Assembly (NCBI RefSeq): GCF_036971445.1 | Contig: NC_091470.1 | Coordinates: forward strand, 159,340,001 to 159,404,000 | Source: Narcine bancroftii | Taxonomy: Eukaryota | Length of the DNA: 64,000 bases | Direction of reading: 5' to 3' | Shown: piece after piece, positions 38,303 through 51,204 of the stretch | How positions within the stretch are numbered: position 1 is the stretch's first letter | How the letters are laid out: each line of letters starts with the position of its first letter | The notes under the pieces: model-generated | The model's input: only the letters and a program-made list of their open reading frames with translations | Databases searched by the model: none | What the model was told of the DNA's origin: nothing | Made by a program: the position numbers and the translations under genes

Positions 38303-39412
38303 GTGAGCTCAACTTCTAAAGTTGTTTGAGGTTATTCAATTAATTTACATTGTTAAAATTAAATGACAGGTACAGTAAAATAGTGGAGATGTGATGTTCT
38401 GGAGTTCAAAAATTCTTTCACTGTTAATTTCAAAAAAAATATCATATTTAAATATCAGAAAGTGTTTTCTCATTGGGGTTTTTGCAAGATAGTATTAGAC
38501 CTACTGTCATTGCTGGATTCCAAGTCACAGCTGATCAGTGAATAAAAATTAGTTAATATTCCCAAATGGGAAAAGTTACTTGACTGATCTACCACTGGAT
38601 GAGAAGAGACACTGAACCTCTTGAGTATTGATGGAAATGGAAGAAGGGAAAAGGAGTGAACATAGAAGTTTAATGCACAGGGCTTGGCTTTTTTGGAACC
38701 ATGGCATAAATAACTCTTCATTATCATGGATCAGTTGTATTAACATTTTTTTGATTATAATGTTCTTTGCATGCAAGGTCAGTGCTTAAAGCTCTTTTTT
38801 GGGTAAAGAAAATTACTCGGATTTCAGGGAAGTACAGATTTTATATCACTTCTCAATCCTCACAAAATTAAAAACTATCAAATTAATAGAAATTTTAATT
38901 GCTATCTAGGTAACAGCCATCTCTTAAATATGAAATAATCCTAAGTGGCATAATGAGCTCAACGCTGTTACAATCCAGCATTGTGTGAAAGGCGTTTGTA
39001 CATTTTCCCCGTGTCTGCGTGGGTTTCCTCCAGGTGCTCTGGTTTCCTCCCAGCCTTCAAAACTTACCAGGGTTGTAGGTCAATTGGGGTATTGGGCAGA
39101 TGGGCTCATGGGCTGTATTTAAAAAATGTAATTTAATTTAGTGACAGCTTAATAATCCTGTGGTGATATGCAAGTGGATTTATTTTCCTTTGCACAAAAA
39201 GGTATGAGGTTTGAAACGTAGCAGGAGTGTAGGTCAATTGGCTGCAAATTAGATGGCACAGACTCGTGGGCCGAAATGGCCTGTTACCGAACTATATGTC
39301 TAAGGTTTATAAACCGAGAAATGTTTCTATGTGTGATTTGCACAGCTTATTGGGATTGTGTTTTGAGTTTTTGTGCCAAGCAAAATAATAGTTACTTAAT
39401 CATCTCTTGCAG

Positions 39413-39484
39413 CTTGTGGAATTGAGGGATGAGCTGCAGCCACTTATGGAAATGATACGGAATAGAAGGATACCTGCAGAGAAG
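39413..39484 (+). CDS. UTP3: UTP3 exon 9
   Basis: ttgcag|…|gtatga; LVELRDELQPLMEMIRNRRIPAEK. Confidence 0.92.
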
Positions 39485-39570
39485 GTATGATGGGGATAAC
39501 ACAAAACTAACATGGGGTTGGGTGGGGATTGAAGGCATTGATCATATTTTAATTCTGGTTTTCTTTACAG

Positions 39571-39611
39571 GATGCCCAGTATGTGCAGACAAAGTACCAT
39601 CTGTACCTGAA
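39571..39611 (+). CDS. UTP3: UTP3 exon 10
   Basis: tttacag|…|gtaagt; DAQYVQTKYHLYL. Confidence 0.93.
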
Positions 39612-41392
39612 GTAAGTTTCTTTCCCGTAACTTGAGAAAATCTGTGCTCTTCCCAGACAATGATGGACTGGCTGATCCAGTAATTGCCAGATGTCTAATT
39701 TATCACAGGGCTCCACAAAAATTCAATTGTGGCTAAAATATTTTAAAAAAATTTTTTTAAAAAAAGGATTCCTCTGTTAGACATACGACTTTAAGAGCGT
39801 CTGTCACGTTAACATTTTTATACATTTGTTAGTGAGATGTTCATGCGTTTTTGTAAGAATATGACAATTGGCAGACTTTTGTCGAAATGCCATTATCAAA
39901 GGGAGAAATGTTCTTGGCTTTTAAAAAGAACCATTCCAATGAAAATTTCAGGCATATATAAAAGTAGGAAAGACTCTGATCTCCCATTTAGTTTCAATGA
40001 GAATTCATGGCTGTGGGTTAGGAATTAATTGGTAAGAGGAGTTTTTCATGATCCCATTTAAGTTTCTGCATTCTGTAGCTTAGAACAAATTTCTGAACCA
40101 CAACCATGTTTAAAAACAACACTTCATTTTGCAAAAACTGAGAACTCGGTTCATACGGTGGGGGGGGGGGCGGGGAGGGGAGGGGAGGGGCCATTATGCA
40201 GTTGTTCTGCAGTAAATGAGCCTGTGAACTGGTCAGAATCTTCTGCTTGTATCCAGTTCTTTGCCTTTGATCTCAGCCAGGAGTCAGATTGGATCCTGTG
40301 CATATGTCCTTTTTTACCCTAAATCTGGCACCACTATTCTGCAACTATTTGTTTTGTTCAAGTATTTATAACTCTTAGTGGCACCCAAGAAATATCACAG
40401 TCCCTGTTACTGTGAGCTTTCTTTTCTAAGATAAGAAACTAACATTTGGAATGTGGTATAATTTAGTCACGCCCAAGTTCATACTCCTCCTCTGTCACTC
40501 TAAGAGATAACTCATGGGAGCTCCAAAAGCAGACATCTTGTTTTTTTCATTGAGGGGACACTTTACTCTAAACATTTGGCTTGTTCCTAAGCTTTGCCAC
40601 CTAATCTGAGGAACTCAAAGCTAACGGGAGATTTACTAGCAGCCTAAGGTTTGCCCTAATAAGGGCAGTGTGGGGGCTCATGATGTGTTATGGCATTTGT
40701 GATCCTCCCTTCATTCTCTTACAAAGCAGCAAAGCACATTAGAACATTAAATAAAAATTGATCAATCTACATTATTCTACATTAGGCAGATCCTAACTTC
40801 CACAACCCTTCAAGCTTTTTATTATTAAACATTAGTCTGGTGTTATTAATTATTTCTAAACTGATTTGAATATGTTTACCTATTAAGTTTATTATCACAT
40901 TATTACCTGGCACAGTGAGACGGGTTAGCAAGTCAACCCTTGTCTTCATGTAGCTGATCAAAATAGCAAGGCAAGAGAAAACTGAGTAGAATGGTTGTAT
41001 TTTGTGAAGAGAATCTGATCAGAGCAGCTCACAAACTTCACTGGCACCATTCGCTTTGGTTTTATCAACTTTTATTTACATTAACATTTTTTAAATGTCT
41101 CCAAATGTCATTTTAAAACTGTTACAATCCATTAACAACTGACACAACAAAAGACTGCCTCTCCTTTTGCCTTGTGTCATCATTTGGAAGGACTTCCATA
41201 CTCTAGTGTAGAGGGCCAATGAGGATGGCCATGCATTTCTAAATCGGGTGTCCTAGTAAGTGGCTCCAGATGGTGGCCACATCCAGGAAGGCTTGGACAA
41301 GTTAGAAAAATGGGGATTTGTATATTGAGTTGTATATTTAATAAACACGAACTGTGAAGAGCATCTATTCATGAGATGTCTCTGTTCTATAG

Positions 41393-41489
41393 CTACTGCA
41401 CAAACATTAGTTTTTATCTGGTATTGAAGGCAAAGCGGATCCCAGTTCAGAACCATCCCGTGATTGAGAGGCTGCTCACCTACAGAAAT
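41393..41489 (+). CDS. UTP3: UTP3 exon 11 (GC donor)
   Basis: ctatag|…AAT|gcaagt; YCTNISFYLVLKAKRIPVQNHPVIERLLTYRN. Confidence 0.92.
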
Positions 41490-41873
41490 GCAAGTATTAT
41501 TTTTAACAGCGTTGTTACTGTTCATTGCTTTTCTTTTACCTTGCTCCATCCATGAGTAAAGCCAGGGGATCAGATTGTGCTATTGTCTCCACCTGCAGCA
41601 TTTGGGGTGCAATTATTAGACACTGAGTGAGACTAGAGCATGGAGAAGCTTGTCTCTGTTTTATTGCCTTTCCTTGCCTAACCCACTCTATTCCCTTGGC
41701 AAATCAAATTCATGAGATCGTTCAATGGATTTGATTGAACTTTCTCATTCATAAAGCTTTGAATCAGCTGGGTTTACATTACTGAAGAACCTAATTGCTT
41801 GGGTGTGAGGTTTTCAGTTAAACAATTGTGCTGACTTTCAGAGGGTGTTAAGTTTATGTTTTCTTCTTCCCAG

Positions 41874-42029
41874 CTAATTAATGACTTGCATGTAGTGGAC
41901 ATGAAACGGTTATCCGATATTCAGCAGCATTTGAGCCGCACTGGAAAAGATAAACGCGTCTCCATTTTAAAGAAAAACCTGTCTCAACTGAGAAAACAAT
42001 CAAAAACTGAACAAAAAGCAAAAGGAAAG
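41874..42029 (+). CDS. UTP3: UTP3 exon 12 (GC donor)
   Basis: ttcccag|CTA…AAG|gcaagt; LINDLHVVD…KAKGK. Confidence 0.85.
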
Positions 42030-43146
42030 GCAAGTATAGCAGGGATTTGGATTTATTAGCAGTGGCACAGTTCTGATTTGAGGATGGGATGGCGGGCAAC
42101 TTTATAAATTATATAAAATTTGAACTTTCCCTCATATGACCATAACTGTGTCAAGAATGGCAATCATTGCTTTGGAAGCTGAACATCAGATGAATTGAAT
42201 CTCAACCATGCAGGTCAAATAGTTTGTAGGATTTTAATAATCTAAAAATGTGTTCCCTCTAGTTAGATCTTACAATGGTATAAAGTCAAATTATAAACCT
42301 TTTTTTTTAAAACTAATAATTACACATCTTTAAGCTATTCTTTCTTTCTCACTTGCACCAGGGAGTGATGACCAAGGTATATAATCACATTACCTCACCT
42401 ATATATGGAATACAGAAAACTGTTGTTGAAATTGAAATGGAAAAATGGTGGTTACGCGATAATTATTTCAGAGATCTGAGCGATTGACTCAGACCCCCCC
42501 TAAGCACCAATCTCGCAATAGAAATTGGAGGATTCAGGTTGAGTTAATTAATTTAATTCAAAATTAATGATCAGTAATGGTAAATTTGAAGTTGCTGGAT
42601 TTTGTGGAAACCCCCCCCACAATTTGTAAATTAATGTTAGTAAAACATGAAAGTCTGCAGATACCATGATGAAGTAAAAGCACAATGCTGGGAAATCTCA
42701 GCAGGTCAACACAAAGCGGGGGAAACTTAATGAAGGGCTCAAGCCCAAAACGTTGGTCATGTATCTTTATTTTTGCTATATTAAAGTACAGTTTGACCTG
42801 TTGAGTTTTCCCAGCATTGTGTTTTTAGTTCCTGAATGTTGTTTAAGGAAGATATCTATGTGGTTGATTCTCAGCTAGTCTCTGAAATGACTTAGTAATA
42901 TAATTAAAGAGTAATTGAGAGGTGGTTTCTAAATGCTGGACTCAGCAAATGTGCAATCTCTGAATAAAAACAAAAATCAAAGGGAGAGAATATAACATGA
43001 ATTGGAAGATTTAAAATTATGTTCTTAATATTTTGGCAAGTTAAATGGTAATACAATTTTCTCTTTTTGTAGAATTGCTTTGAAAGGATATGTTCTTGTT
43101 CCTTTCCACATGTAATTGAGTGTTTGGCATTAATGTTTTAATATAG

Positions 43147-43265
43147 CTCACTGGTGATATGTTAAAGGATTTGAAAAATGATGCGGGTGTTAAAGCAGGA
43201 TTCCCATATCATGAACAAATGAAGAGTATTCTGTCTCAAAAGAGAAAAGGAACGCAAGAGGCCAG
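43147..43265 (+). CDS. UTP3: UTP3 exon 13
   Basis: atatag|…AG|gtactg; LTGDMLKDL…QKRKGTQEA; phase 0-2. Confidence 0.78.
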
Positions 43266-44666
43266 GTACTGATTGTGCATGTATCTAGATTTTAAAATAT
43301 TTCTGGGATTGAATCAGATTAGGTGTGTGACTCAAGTACATTTCACTCCAAGTGAGAATTACTGGTAACTCCCCAAGTTACCTAATATCTTTATGTGTAT
43401 GGCATTGTACAAGAATGACTCAGAAGTGAAAACAAATGGGTGTGACTGAGAAAGGCAGTGATTAAATATTGACTTTCAAAAAAAGTTAACATATCAAATT
43501 ATCTAATAAGAGTAAAGAATATGGTACTAGTGTAGCAGTGTTAATTAAAAGCTAATGTAGAAGTAAAATGATTCAAGATTCAATTTATTGTCATTTAATA
43601 AAAACTGTGTCATATTACAAAGAATTGTCTTTTGTCTACCGTAAGGCTGCCTGAAGCACCTCTTACAGTCAGAGAAAGAGAAGTAAAAGAGAGTCGTTTC
43701 CCCCCACCCCCCAGAATCATCTAGTATCCTTAGAATCACCTCCAGCGCTCCCGTAGCCACACAGAGTACAGTTTAAACCATCGGCAACCTGAGTTCCACA
43801 TCTGAATCTCCGAACCGATTAGGGTCCCTTCAGGTTTTAAACACTGTTGGCTCCTTTAACAGGCTGGTTAAAGCCTATGTGGAGCTGATGGTAGTCGGAC
43901 TGGGTGGTTGGACCCTATGGGAGTGCTGTGTCTCTGCTCCCCACTCTCCGTAGATCCACACCAGCAGCAGTGCTGCTGTTACAGCGACTCTGGTAGCACT
44001 GATATTTTTCTCTAATGAGTGAAAACTACTCAGGATGTTTATAGTAGGATCAACTCTCCAAATTTAGTTCTGAGACTGCTTTTGTCAATATTGTGATTGG
44101 TAGTTTAGATGTAAGGTTTATCAATGATAGCCACAAATAATGCTAAAAGGGGAGCATTGCAAGTTGCCATCTTTATAGGAGAAGTACTGTTTATGAATTA
44201 AACATATATGAATGGGGTAAATTCTGCAGCCTGTTTCTATTCTATAATATAGATATGTTTTTCCAGTTTGATTTTCTGGGCAGGCTGCAACTGTTCACAT
44301 CAAAGAAAAAAATCTGGTTACAAAAATAGAAAATCGATAAAGAGTGAATATGTTCTAATGGATTTAGTTTCCTTTTAAATTGAAGTTCCTTGTTTATGAT
44401 ATCCCTGCTCCTTTAATTTTGTGTTGCTACCTCACGAGTATTTGAACATGGAGCAAAGGGCTCTTAATTAATGACATTAAGATTACTTCCTGGATGCAGA
44501 TAAGAGCAACCCACTAGTTGATAACCTATAGAACTCCAGAAATGTCTTTTTTTTTAATGTGGAGCAGTTTTGAAATAATCTGTTGTGCAAGTGTCAGTCC
44601 TAGAGTTCAGTGCTCCACGGTGAAATGATTTGTTCAAATGGTTTAATACTGCGTTTTATATTACAG

Positions 44667-44733
44667 TACCGAGACTGCTGCTGTGCCACAGGGAATTCTT
44701 GGTGCAGATGAAAAGAGAAAGATCACTTATCAG
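44667..44733 (+). CDS. UTP3: UTP3 exon 14
   Basis: ttacag|…|gtatct; …GADEKRKITYQ. Confidence 0.9.
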
Positions 44734-45159
44734 GTATCTGTCTTGTTTCTAATGTGATAAAGCCTGCTATTTTCTAACCTTTCTCTCTGGGCCCACCTAC
44801 CTGATATTGAATCTAATTTAAAAGAAGACGACTTTCCATATATTCCTGAGTTTATTTTCATGAGGATTGATTAAGTAATTTTTTAAAAAAGGTTACCGTT
44901 AATCTACATCAAAAACATTGCTGACAGCTCGGTTTTTGCTGCCGTATAATGTGCAACTTGAAACAGATCAAACAGCAGTCTTTATATCCATCTTTTAATG
45001 CACATCGGCCATGAGATTTTCCATGGAGAATCCAAAGCCAATATGAACAGACTAATGTGGCCTGATCAAAATTTTACAACAGTAAGTTGGGTTTGTGCAC
45101 CCCCAGAAGTAAAAATGATCATGTCTTTGAGAAACACAATGGCTGTAGATCCTGGAATT

Positions 45160-45700
45160 TTCAGCATTGATTTACTGGAGGAACTCAGCAGGTCAGACAG
45201 CATCCATGGATAGAAATGGTCAATTCATATTTTGGATCAGGACCCTTTAATCAAAGCTAAAATATAAGGGTGAATTTCTATCTCCATGGTGGGGGGAAGC
45301 TGATGAAAGGCCCAGAGGTGGTATGGAGCAGAGAGAGACCATTGGTTTGGGGGGGGGAAACTAAGTGCAGGAATAGGTAAAGTTGAAAACAATGGAAGAT
45401 GGGGTGGGAGTTACTAAAAGTGGAAAAATCAATGTTCATGCCATTAGATTTAAGGATGTTTACATTTGGCCTCACCCTGACAATCAGCGAAGCTGAGGAT
45501 AGATATACTGTATCTGTGTAGGAATTGTTGGGAGAGTTATAAATTAGAGATTCTCATAGCCAGCCATTTTAAGTGTAGTGTGCAGGTGTTCGGCAAAGTC
45601 GGCACTCAATGTGCAAGGAAGCCGCACAGTGACCCAATGCAGTAGATTAGATTGAACAATGTGAAACTGCCTCACCTCAAAGGCCTGATTGTGGTCCTGA
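45160..45700 (-). mobile_element. Penelope-like fragment
   Basis: ctggaggaactcagcaggtcagacagcatc terminus and the peptide SNGMNIDFS. Confidence 0.55.
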
Positions 45701-46795
45701 ATGAATATTGGTGTTTGAGATTTTTTTCTTTAGAAGGAAGCAATATACCAACTAATATATTCTTTCTCCATGATTTTCCCTCATCTATTCAGTTTCTTGT
45801 AAACTGCTACTTTATTCTTGTATTAATTTTTGCTTTGTCATTTAACCTCTATTTCTTATTTTCAGCCTGGTTCTAGAATTAATATTAATTGTACATTCAC
45901 ATTATTGTTTAATGTTTACTCACTGCTTTGAGAGAATTTCATATGGGCCTTGGTTTCCTTTCCTTGCCTTAATGTTATATCAGACATTAATGGGTATTTT
46001 AAGTACCCTAACATTACCACTTTAATTTTTGCATTTTTTTTTTGCAATGTTCTCCTCTATTTGATGGCCCATTGGAATATTCACTATAAATAATTGCATC
46101 TTCATTCTTTTTAAGTCTCTCCAACATAAGTCATTTATTGTCATCTAATTGTACAAGTACAACCTGACGAAATAGTGTTCTCCAGTCCTCGGTACAAAAC
46201 ATGATGTAACAACCAGATGTAACACACTTACAGAGAAATAATACATTTGCAGAACAAGTTTTATATGTATAAAAATAAATAGTTTTGTGAATATGAGAGT
46301 CTCGGATGTTTAGTGTGAGCCATTCCTTTGGTCATTCAGTGTTCTCACTGCCCGTGGGAAGAAGCTGTTTCTCAGCCTGGGTGCTAGCTCTGATCCTCCT
46401 GTATCTCTTTCTCGATGGGAGCAGCTGAAAGATGCTGTGTGCAGGGTGGAAAGGGTCCTCAATGATTTTGTGCACAAAAATCACTGAGGACCCCTCCCAC
46501 TAGTCAGGCTGTTAAATTTGGTTCATTCCCTCTCTGCCTGTCTTAATAGAATATTACACCTCTGGTGCTGGGGTGGAAACACACCATGTTAATTGGAGAG
46601 TAACATTCACCCTGAAGATTCATCCAATTGTAGTGTCTGTCCTCTCTGGCTCCAGCTTGAATACTCGCTGAGTTTGATTAGCTGTTTTATTTTATTGAAT
46701 AGAATATTTGATTATGATTTTGGTGCTAGCATTTTATACAGTTGCTTCTAGCATTTTATACAGTTGCTTACTTAAACTTTGCCTGGCAATCACAG

Positions 46796-46903
46796 ATCGC
46801 GAAAAATAAGGGTCTTACGCCCAGGAGGAAGAAAATTGATCGTAATCCTCGTGTCAAGCACAGAGAAAAATTCAGACGAGCCAAAATCAGACGGAAGGGT
46901 CAG
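46796..46903 (+). CDS. UTP3: UTP3 exon 15
   Basis: tcacag|…|gtaagt; IAKNKGLTPRRKKIDRNPRVKHREKFRRAKIRRKGQ. Confidence 0.96.
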
Positions 46904-47898
46904 GTAAGTGAAGGAATTCATGAGATTTTTTTTAAAATTAAAAGATATCAATAGCCTGCAAACCTTTTAAATTTCACTCTGATTCATCTGCTAGATATCT
47001 CGCAAAAGAGGAGATATCAGATAAATTTAAAACTAGAAATAGTTCACTTGACATTTGGCCTTTGAGGACATGTCCACATGAGATTGCTTGTCAAAATGCA
47101 TATAATAGGAATGCAGTGACCTTATTTTAAAAAGGAATGGTGTCTACTAGTAGTAAGTTCTTTTAAATTATCATTCAAAAATAAATAGCTATCGAGTTGA
47201 CGGTGAGAACTCATACAGTACACTAAAGTAAAAATAAGTCTGCATGAATACAGCACCAATCAAATTTCATAAGACAACAGTAGCATCTTTAATTAGCGCC
47301 CCCCCCCCCCCCCCATTCCACTATTCAAAATGCACCTCCATGCTTGTGCTCAACGACTGCAAATGCAGCAATCTTGTCAAGTTTTTGGCACACTAAATCT
47401 GCTTCCTCTGTTACTTGTGAAAACAAGGACAGCATGGAAATGCTTGAAGTTCTCCAAATGTAACACAGTACTGACTTCATTGTCTCATAATCCAATTTCT
47501 GACTTCCTCTCCAACTGAAGAGTTCTTGGCACCAACTTCCCACCATTTTTTGAGAATCAAAGATGGGTAATAAGAGCTGGCACCCACATTCCATGAAGTT
47601 GTATTACAAATAGTTTTATTAATGAGAACAAATGATGGTCCTATTTGCACATTTTGCGCTCTGGTGCTCCTTCATTGACTGAATCACTTGTAAACTAATA
47701 TTGGAAATTTGTACTGAATCGGCATTTCTTGGAATTAAATTGTACGGTAACTAGGCCCTAAAGTACGATAATCGTCATAGGAATGTCAGAGTGGGGTTGT
47801 ATTTCAGATTACCCACAAATTTAAAGGCATGTGAACCCAATAGTTCATACAATGTTGAGATCTTACTAAGCGGAAGCTTGTGTACATCACTTTTACAG

Positions 47899-47988
47899 GT
47901 GCGTGAGGTGCGCAGAGAGGAACAGCGGTATTGCGGTGAGCTCTCTGGTATCCGGGCTGGAGTTAAGAAGAGCATTAAGCTTCACTGA
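47899..47988 (+). CDS. UTP3: UTP3 exon 16 (terminal)
   Basis: tttacag|VREVRREEQRYCGELSGIRAGVKKSIKLH*. Confidence 0.96.
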   Translation: MREVRREEQRYCGELSGIRAGVKKSIKLH

Positions 47989-49692
47989 TTTTGCTGCTAA
48001 GTCACAAACATCTTCAACTTGGAAATTCATAGATCACCAACTGTCTAAGAATTTTGTAAAGGATTTTATTTTTTACTGTTTATAGTAAAACATGTACCAA
48101 TAATGGACTTCCAGATAATGTAATTCCAATCTATTAAATTATTGTATCCAAGAATTTTATAATTGCATTCAATTCCATGTTTATTTCTCCATTTGTGGTT
48201 TTAATGGCAGCCTTAGCCTATTTAAATTGGAGGCAGAAGTTAGAATGAACATGTTGCTGAGGAGGCAAGTGATTTTTCCTCTATCTAAATACTGCAAACT
48301 TATCATTCTATTATTTGTAAACATTGTCCATTTATTCAAATTTTGCAATGCTTAATTGCTGAAGAAATATGTCAATTATTTAACTTTTCCCAAATTGCCC
48401 AATAAGTGCTGTTCATCTCACTGAAATGCTGTTTTGACAAGTATCTCTCCTTTAAGTGTTTGCTGTATACTCAGTGCACACTAAAAATGTCTTTTTTTTT
48501 GAGCTCCACAGTGTGGAAAGTGGCCCTTCAGCCTAACTTGTCTGCTCTCACCAAGCTAGTCCCATATTCTCTAAATGTTTATTATCCATGCACCCGTTCA
48601 AATGTCTTTTAAACATTTTGCTTGTATGAGACCCACTTCCTCTGGCATATCATTCCATATATCCATTGCTCTTTGTGTGAAAATTCTTTTTATATCTTTC
48701 CCCTCTCATTTTAAATCTCAAGACTCTAGGGGAGGGATGGGGGGAGAAGAAAGAATATGACTATTTAGCTTATCACAGAAAGATAGTGCCATGAGACCAC
48801 CAACCATCAGAATGAACCAGCTAAAACCTATGTCCAAATGTCATCATGCCAATCCCATCAAATATAAATTTTATACAGTATTGAATGTCCCTGTTGACGG
48901 GGCCAGATGCTTTTTTTGGAGGGTGGGGCTGGGCTAAGGACGATTACAATTTGTTATTATAAAATTTTTACTTAAGATTTTAAACGTGGAGTTTTAGTGA
49001 TTAACATTATTAATACGGTATCTTGAAAAAATGGTTCAGGTGTAGACAGCAGTGCACTTAAAGGTAGGCTAGAGTTGAATTAACCGTACAGAAAAGATCC
49101 ATATACTCTCCATCCCCTCTGTTCTAACCCTAGTGATCTGTCATGTTCTGGTCCAGTCACTCCAGCTAAAAAAAAACCACATGTTCCAACCACTGCTCTG
49201 CTGTCTCAACAATGACAAATGATTGCAGTGAAAGGAGAGGAACATTTAATAGAAGCTGGCATGTAATGACGATTATTGAAGGAGGGCAATTAAATGGCAG
49301 ATTAAGGTGTATTGTTTTATTTTACATTGAAGTCAATATCTCTATTGTATTTGGCAATCTTTACATCAGTTCTGCTTTGTTCATAATTTATTATAACCAT
49401 TGTTTCACTCACTGTATTACTACTTGCAGTGATACTGGAGCATTTCAGTAATTAAAAATATTCCTTTTAATCATGAATAATTCCACCTATTTACCAAGAT
49501 GCCATGAGGCTTTTTATACTTATAATTATTTACAATTAACCCAGTCCACAAATTCAAGTTTGTGTTTTTAAAAAAAAAACCAAGTTGAACACCAGATCTC
49601 CCAGTTGGCTTTGTTCACAGTTGCAAGATTTCATGCTTTAGTTTCATAATTCCAACCATGTATTCTTTCCTCAGTAATTGATCTCCAATCCA

Positions 49693-50025
49693 TTATTCTG
49701 GACTTTTGCTCTTTTCTATAAAGTTGGTGTGGCATTCACTCAAATGTTGCACAATCTTCTCTTCAATCTCTTGCTGTTGCTTCACCTCATTCTCTGAAAG
49801 TGCCAGATCAATCTGAGAATCCTCAGTGACTATAACAACATACACCCTCCGTGTTTCAAGGGTGTTGGCAACAACAACCTGGTGTCGGTAAGTTGCTAAA
49901 GCTTTACGCGCTCGAGCCACCAGCTGTGATGAATCAGTCTCCAACTTGAAGGATGTGACGAATGCATGAGGAGCCCAGTCCTTCACTAGGGGAGCAAGCA
50001 TCTTGGGAACCATTTGCATCGTTAG
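49693..50025 (-). CDS. PPCS: PPCS exon 3 (terminal)
   Basis: ttttag|LTMQMVPKMLAPLVKDWAP…SFKLETD…KSPE*. Confidence 0.96.
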   Translation of the reverse strand, partial: LTMQMVPKMLAPLVKDWAPHAFVTSFKLETDSSQLVARARKALATYRHQVVVANTLETRRVYVVIVTEDSQIDLALSENEVKQQQEIEEKIVQHLSECHTNFIEKSKSPE

Positions 50026-50260
50026 CTAAAATAAAATATTTAAAAAAAAAGCTTAAATCACCATGTCTTCCACTATATTACAATACTTCCCCCCAAAAAT
50101 TGTTGTATTTCAGTTTTCTTCTTACTGAAGTAAAAGGTAGCCCTACTGGCCATGAAAACTTGTACAAATTTAATCCATATGTCCACCTTATCATGGTGTA
50201 GGAATTTCCCCTTTGTTGTCTCTTAACTTGACTCCAGATGCTGTCAAACACTCAAATCAC

Positions 50261-50364
50261 CTGCAGAGGGCTAGCACCCGATTGAATTTTGTGCTCTGGC
50301 ATCTCTGACGCAGGAATGAAGAAATCCGACACTGCTGCCGCAAGGTAGAACATTGCTTTTGGTC
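50261..50364 (-). CDS. PPCS: PPCS exon 2
   Basis: ttatag|…CAG|gtgatt; [35 protein letters not shown]. Confidence 0.95.
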
Positions 50365-50500
50365 CTATAAAAAGATGTTCAAAGCATACCACAAGTTATT
50401 CAGTATATTCTCTTGATGTGTAAATCATAATAAAGTAGCTGTGGACATTAATTCTTTGTTCTCTGTCCAGCCTCTTTTTACCTGTACCAATGACAGGTTA

Positions 50501-51031
50501 CACTGGACAACAATTATTTTCCCCCCTGCAAAAGGGTTTCTTCCTGAAAAAAATTGATGAACACACAGATAAGTTCAGATTTGCTGCATCACATATTGAA
50601 TTTAGCAGGTTTAATCGCATAATGGTGCTGACACATTACATTACTTCAACTGACCTAAAAATGTTTTGCCACTGATTTTTGTTTGTATTCGGCATCTGAT
50701 GCCTCTCCTGTCAGTGTACAATAGGTGGCCAGCATTGATGGATACCATTTTTCCATGGTCACAATGTCCTGGTGAAATCTTTCACCATGTTTGTCATCAC
50801 CACCAAGATCCACAGGGAAGAAGTCCAAGTGCGAATGCAGAAAATGAATTTTCAATTATGATGCACTTCATGGTTTTGTCGCTTGAAGTAGAATTAAAAG
50901 ATAACAGGAAATCACAAAAATAGGTTACAGCTTTAAAAAAAAGTATGTGATAGGAAAATTTTAAGGTGATTTGTGTAACCATAGAATACATCCAAAAGTG
51001 TTCAGGAAGAAAAAATCTTAATTGTCCAGTG
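50501..51031 (-). mobile_element. Internally deleted Chapaev3-like (CMC) DNA transposon
   Basis: TIR cactggacaa…ttgtccagtg, flanks tta/ttt; transposase remnant KIHFLHSHLDFFP…HGERFHQDI. Confidence 0.7.
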
Positions 51032-51204
51032 TTTCCAACATTTGTTCTCTATCCAGCCCATTTTTTTTCTAGAATCAGTTAATGAACCTCACTGTCTGGT
51101 CACCAAATGTCAAAAGAAATACAAGACAAAAATTGGCTGGAGGAAAAACTTTCATGTTACACCCACTTGTTAATGCGAAAATAAATGGAGTGCTTTTTTA
51201 GAAA

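Larger units (their letters stand above)
25720..47988 (+). other. UTP3: UTP3/SAS10 gene span, 16 coding exons, 1443 nt CDS, 480 aa SSU processome component
   Basis: Exons splice into one open frame with WGQKKKSYYDTDY, KESPELLELIEDF, HPVIERLLTYRNLI and the Sas10 C-terminus NPRVKHREKFRRAKIRRKGQ…GIRAGVKKSIKL. Confidence 0.97.

Noticed and set aside
47989-49692. Overlapping 3' UTRs of convergent UTP3 and PPCS
   Set aside because: Candidate poly(A) signals lie near each stop (ATTAAA ~48133 plus; AATAAA ~49390 minus), so overlap cannot be supported without transcript data.
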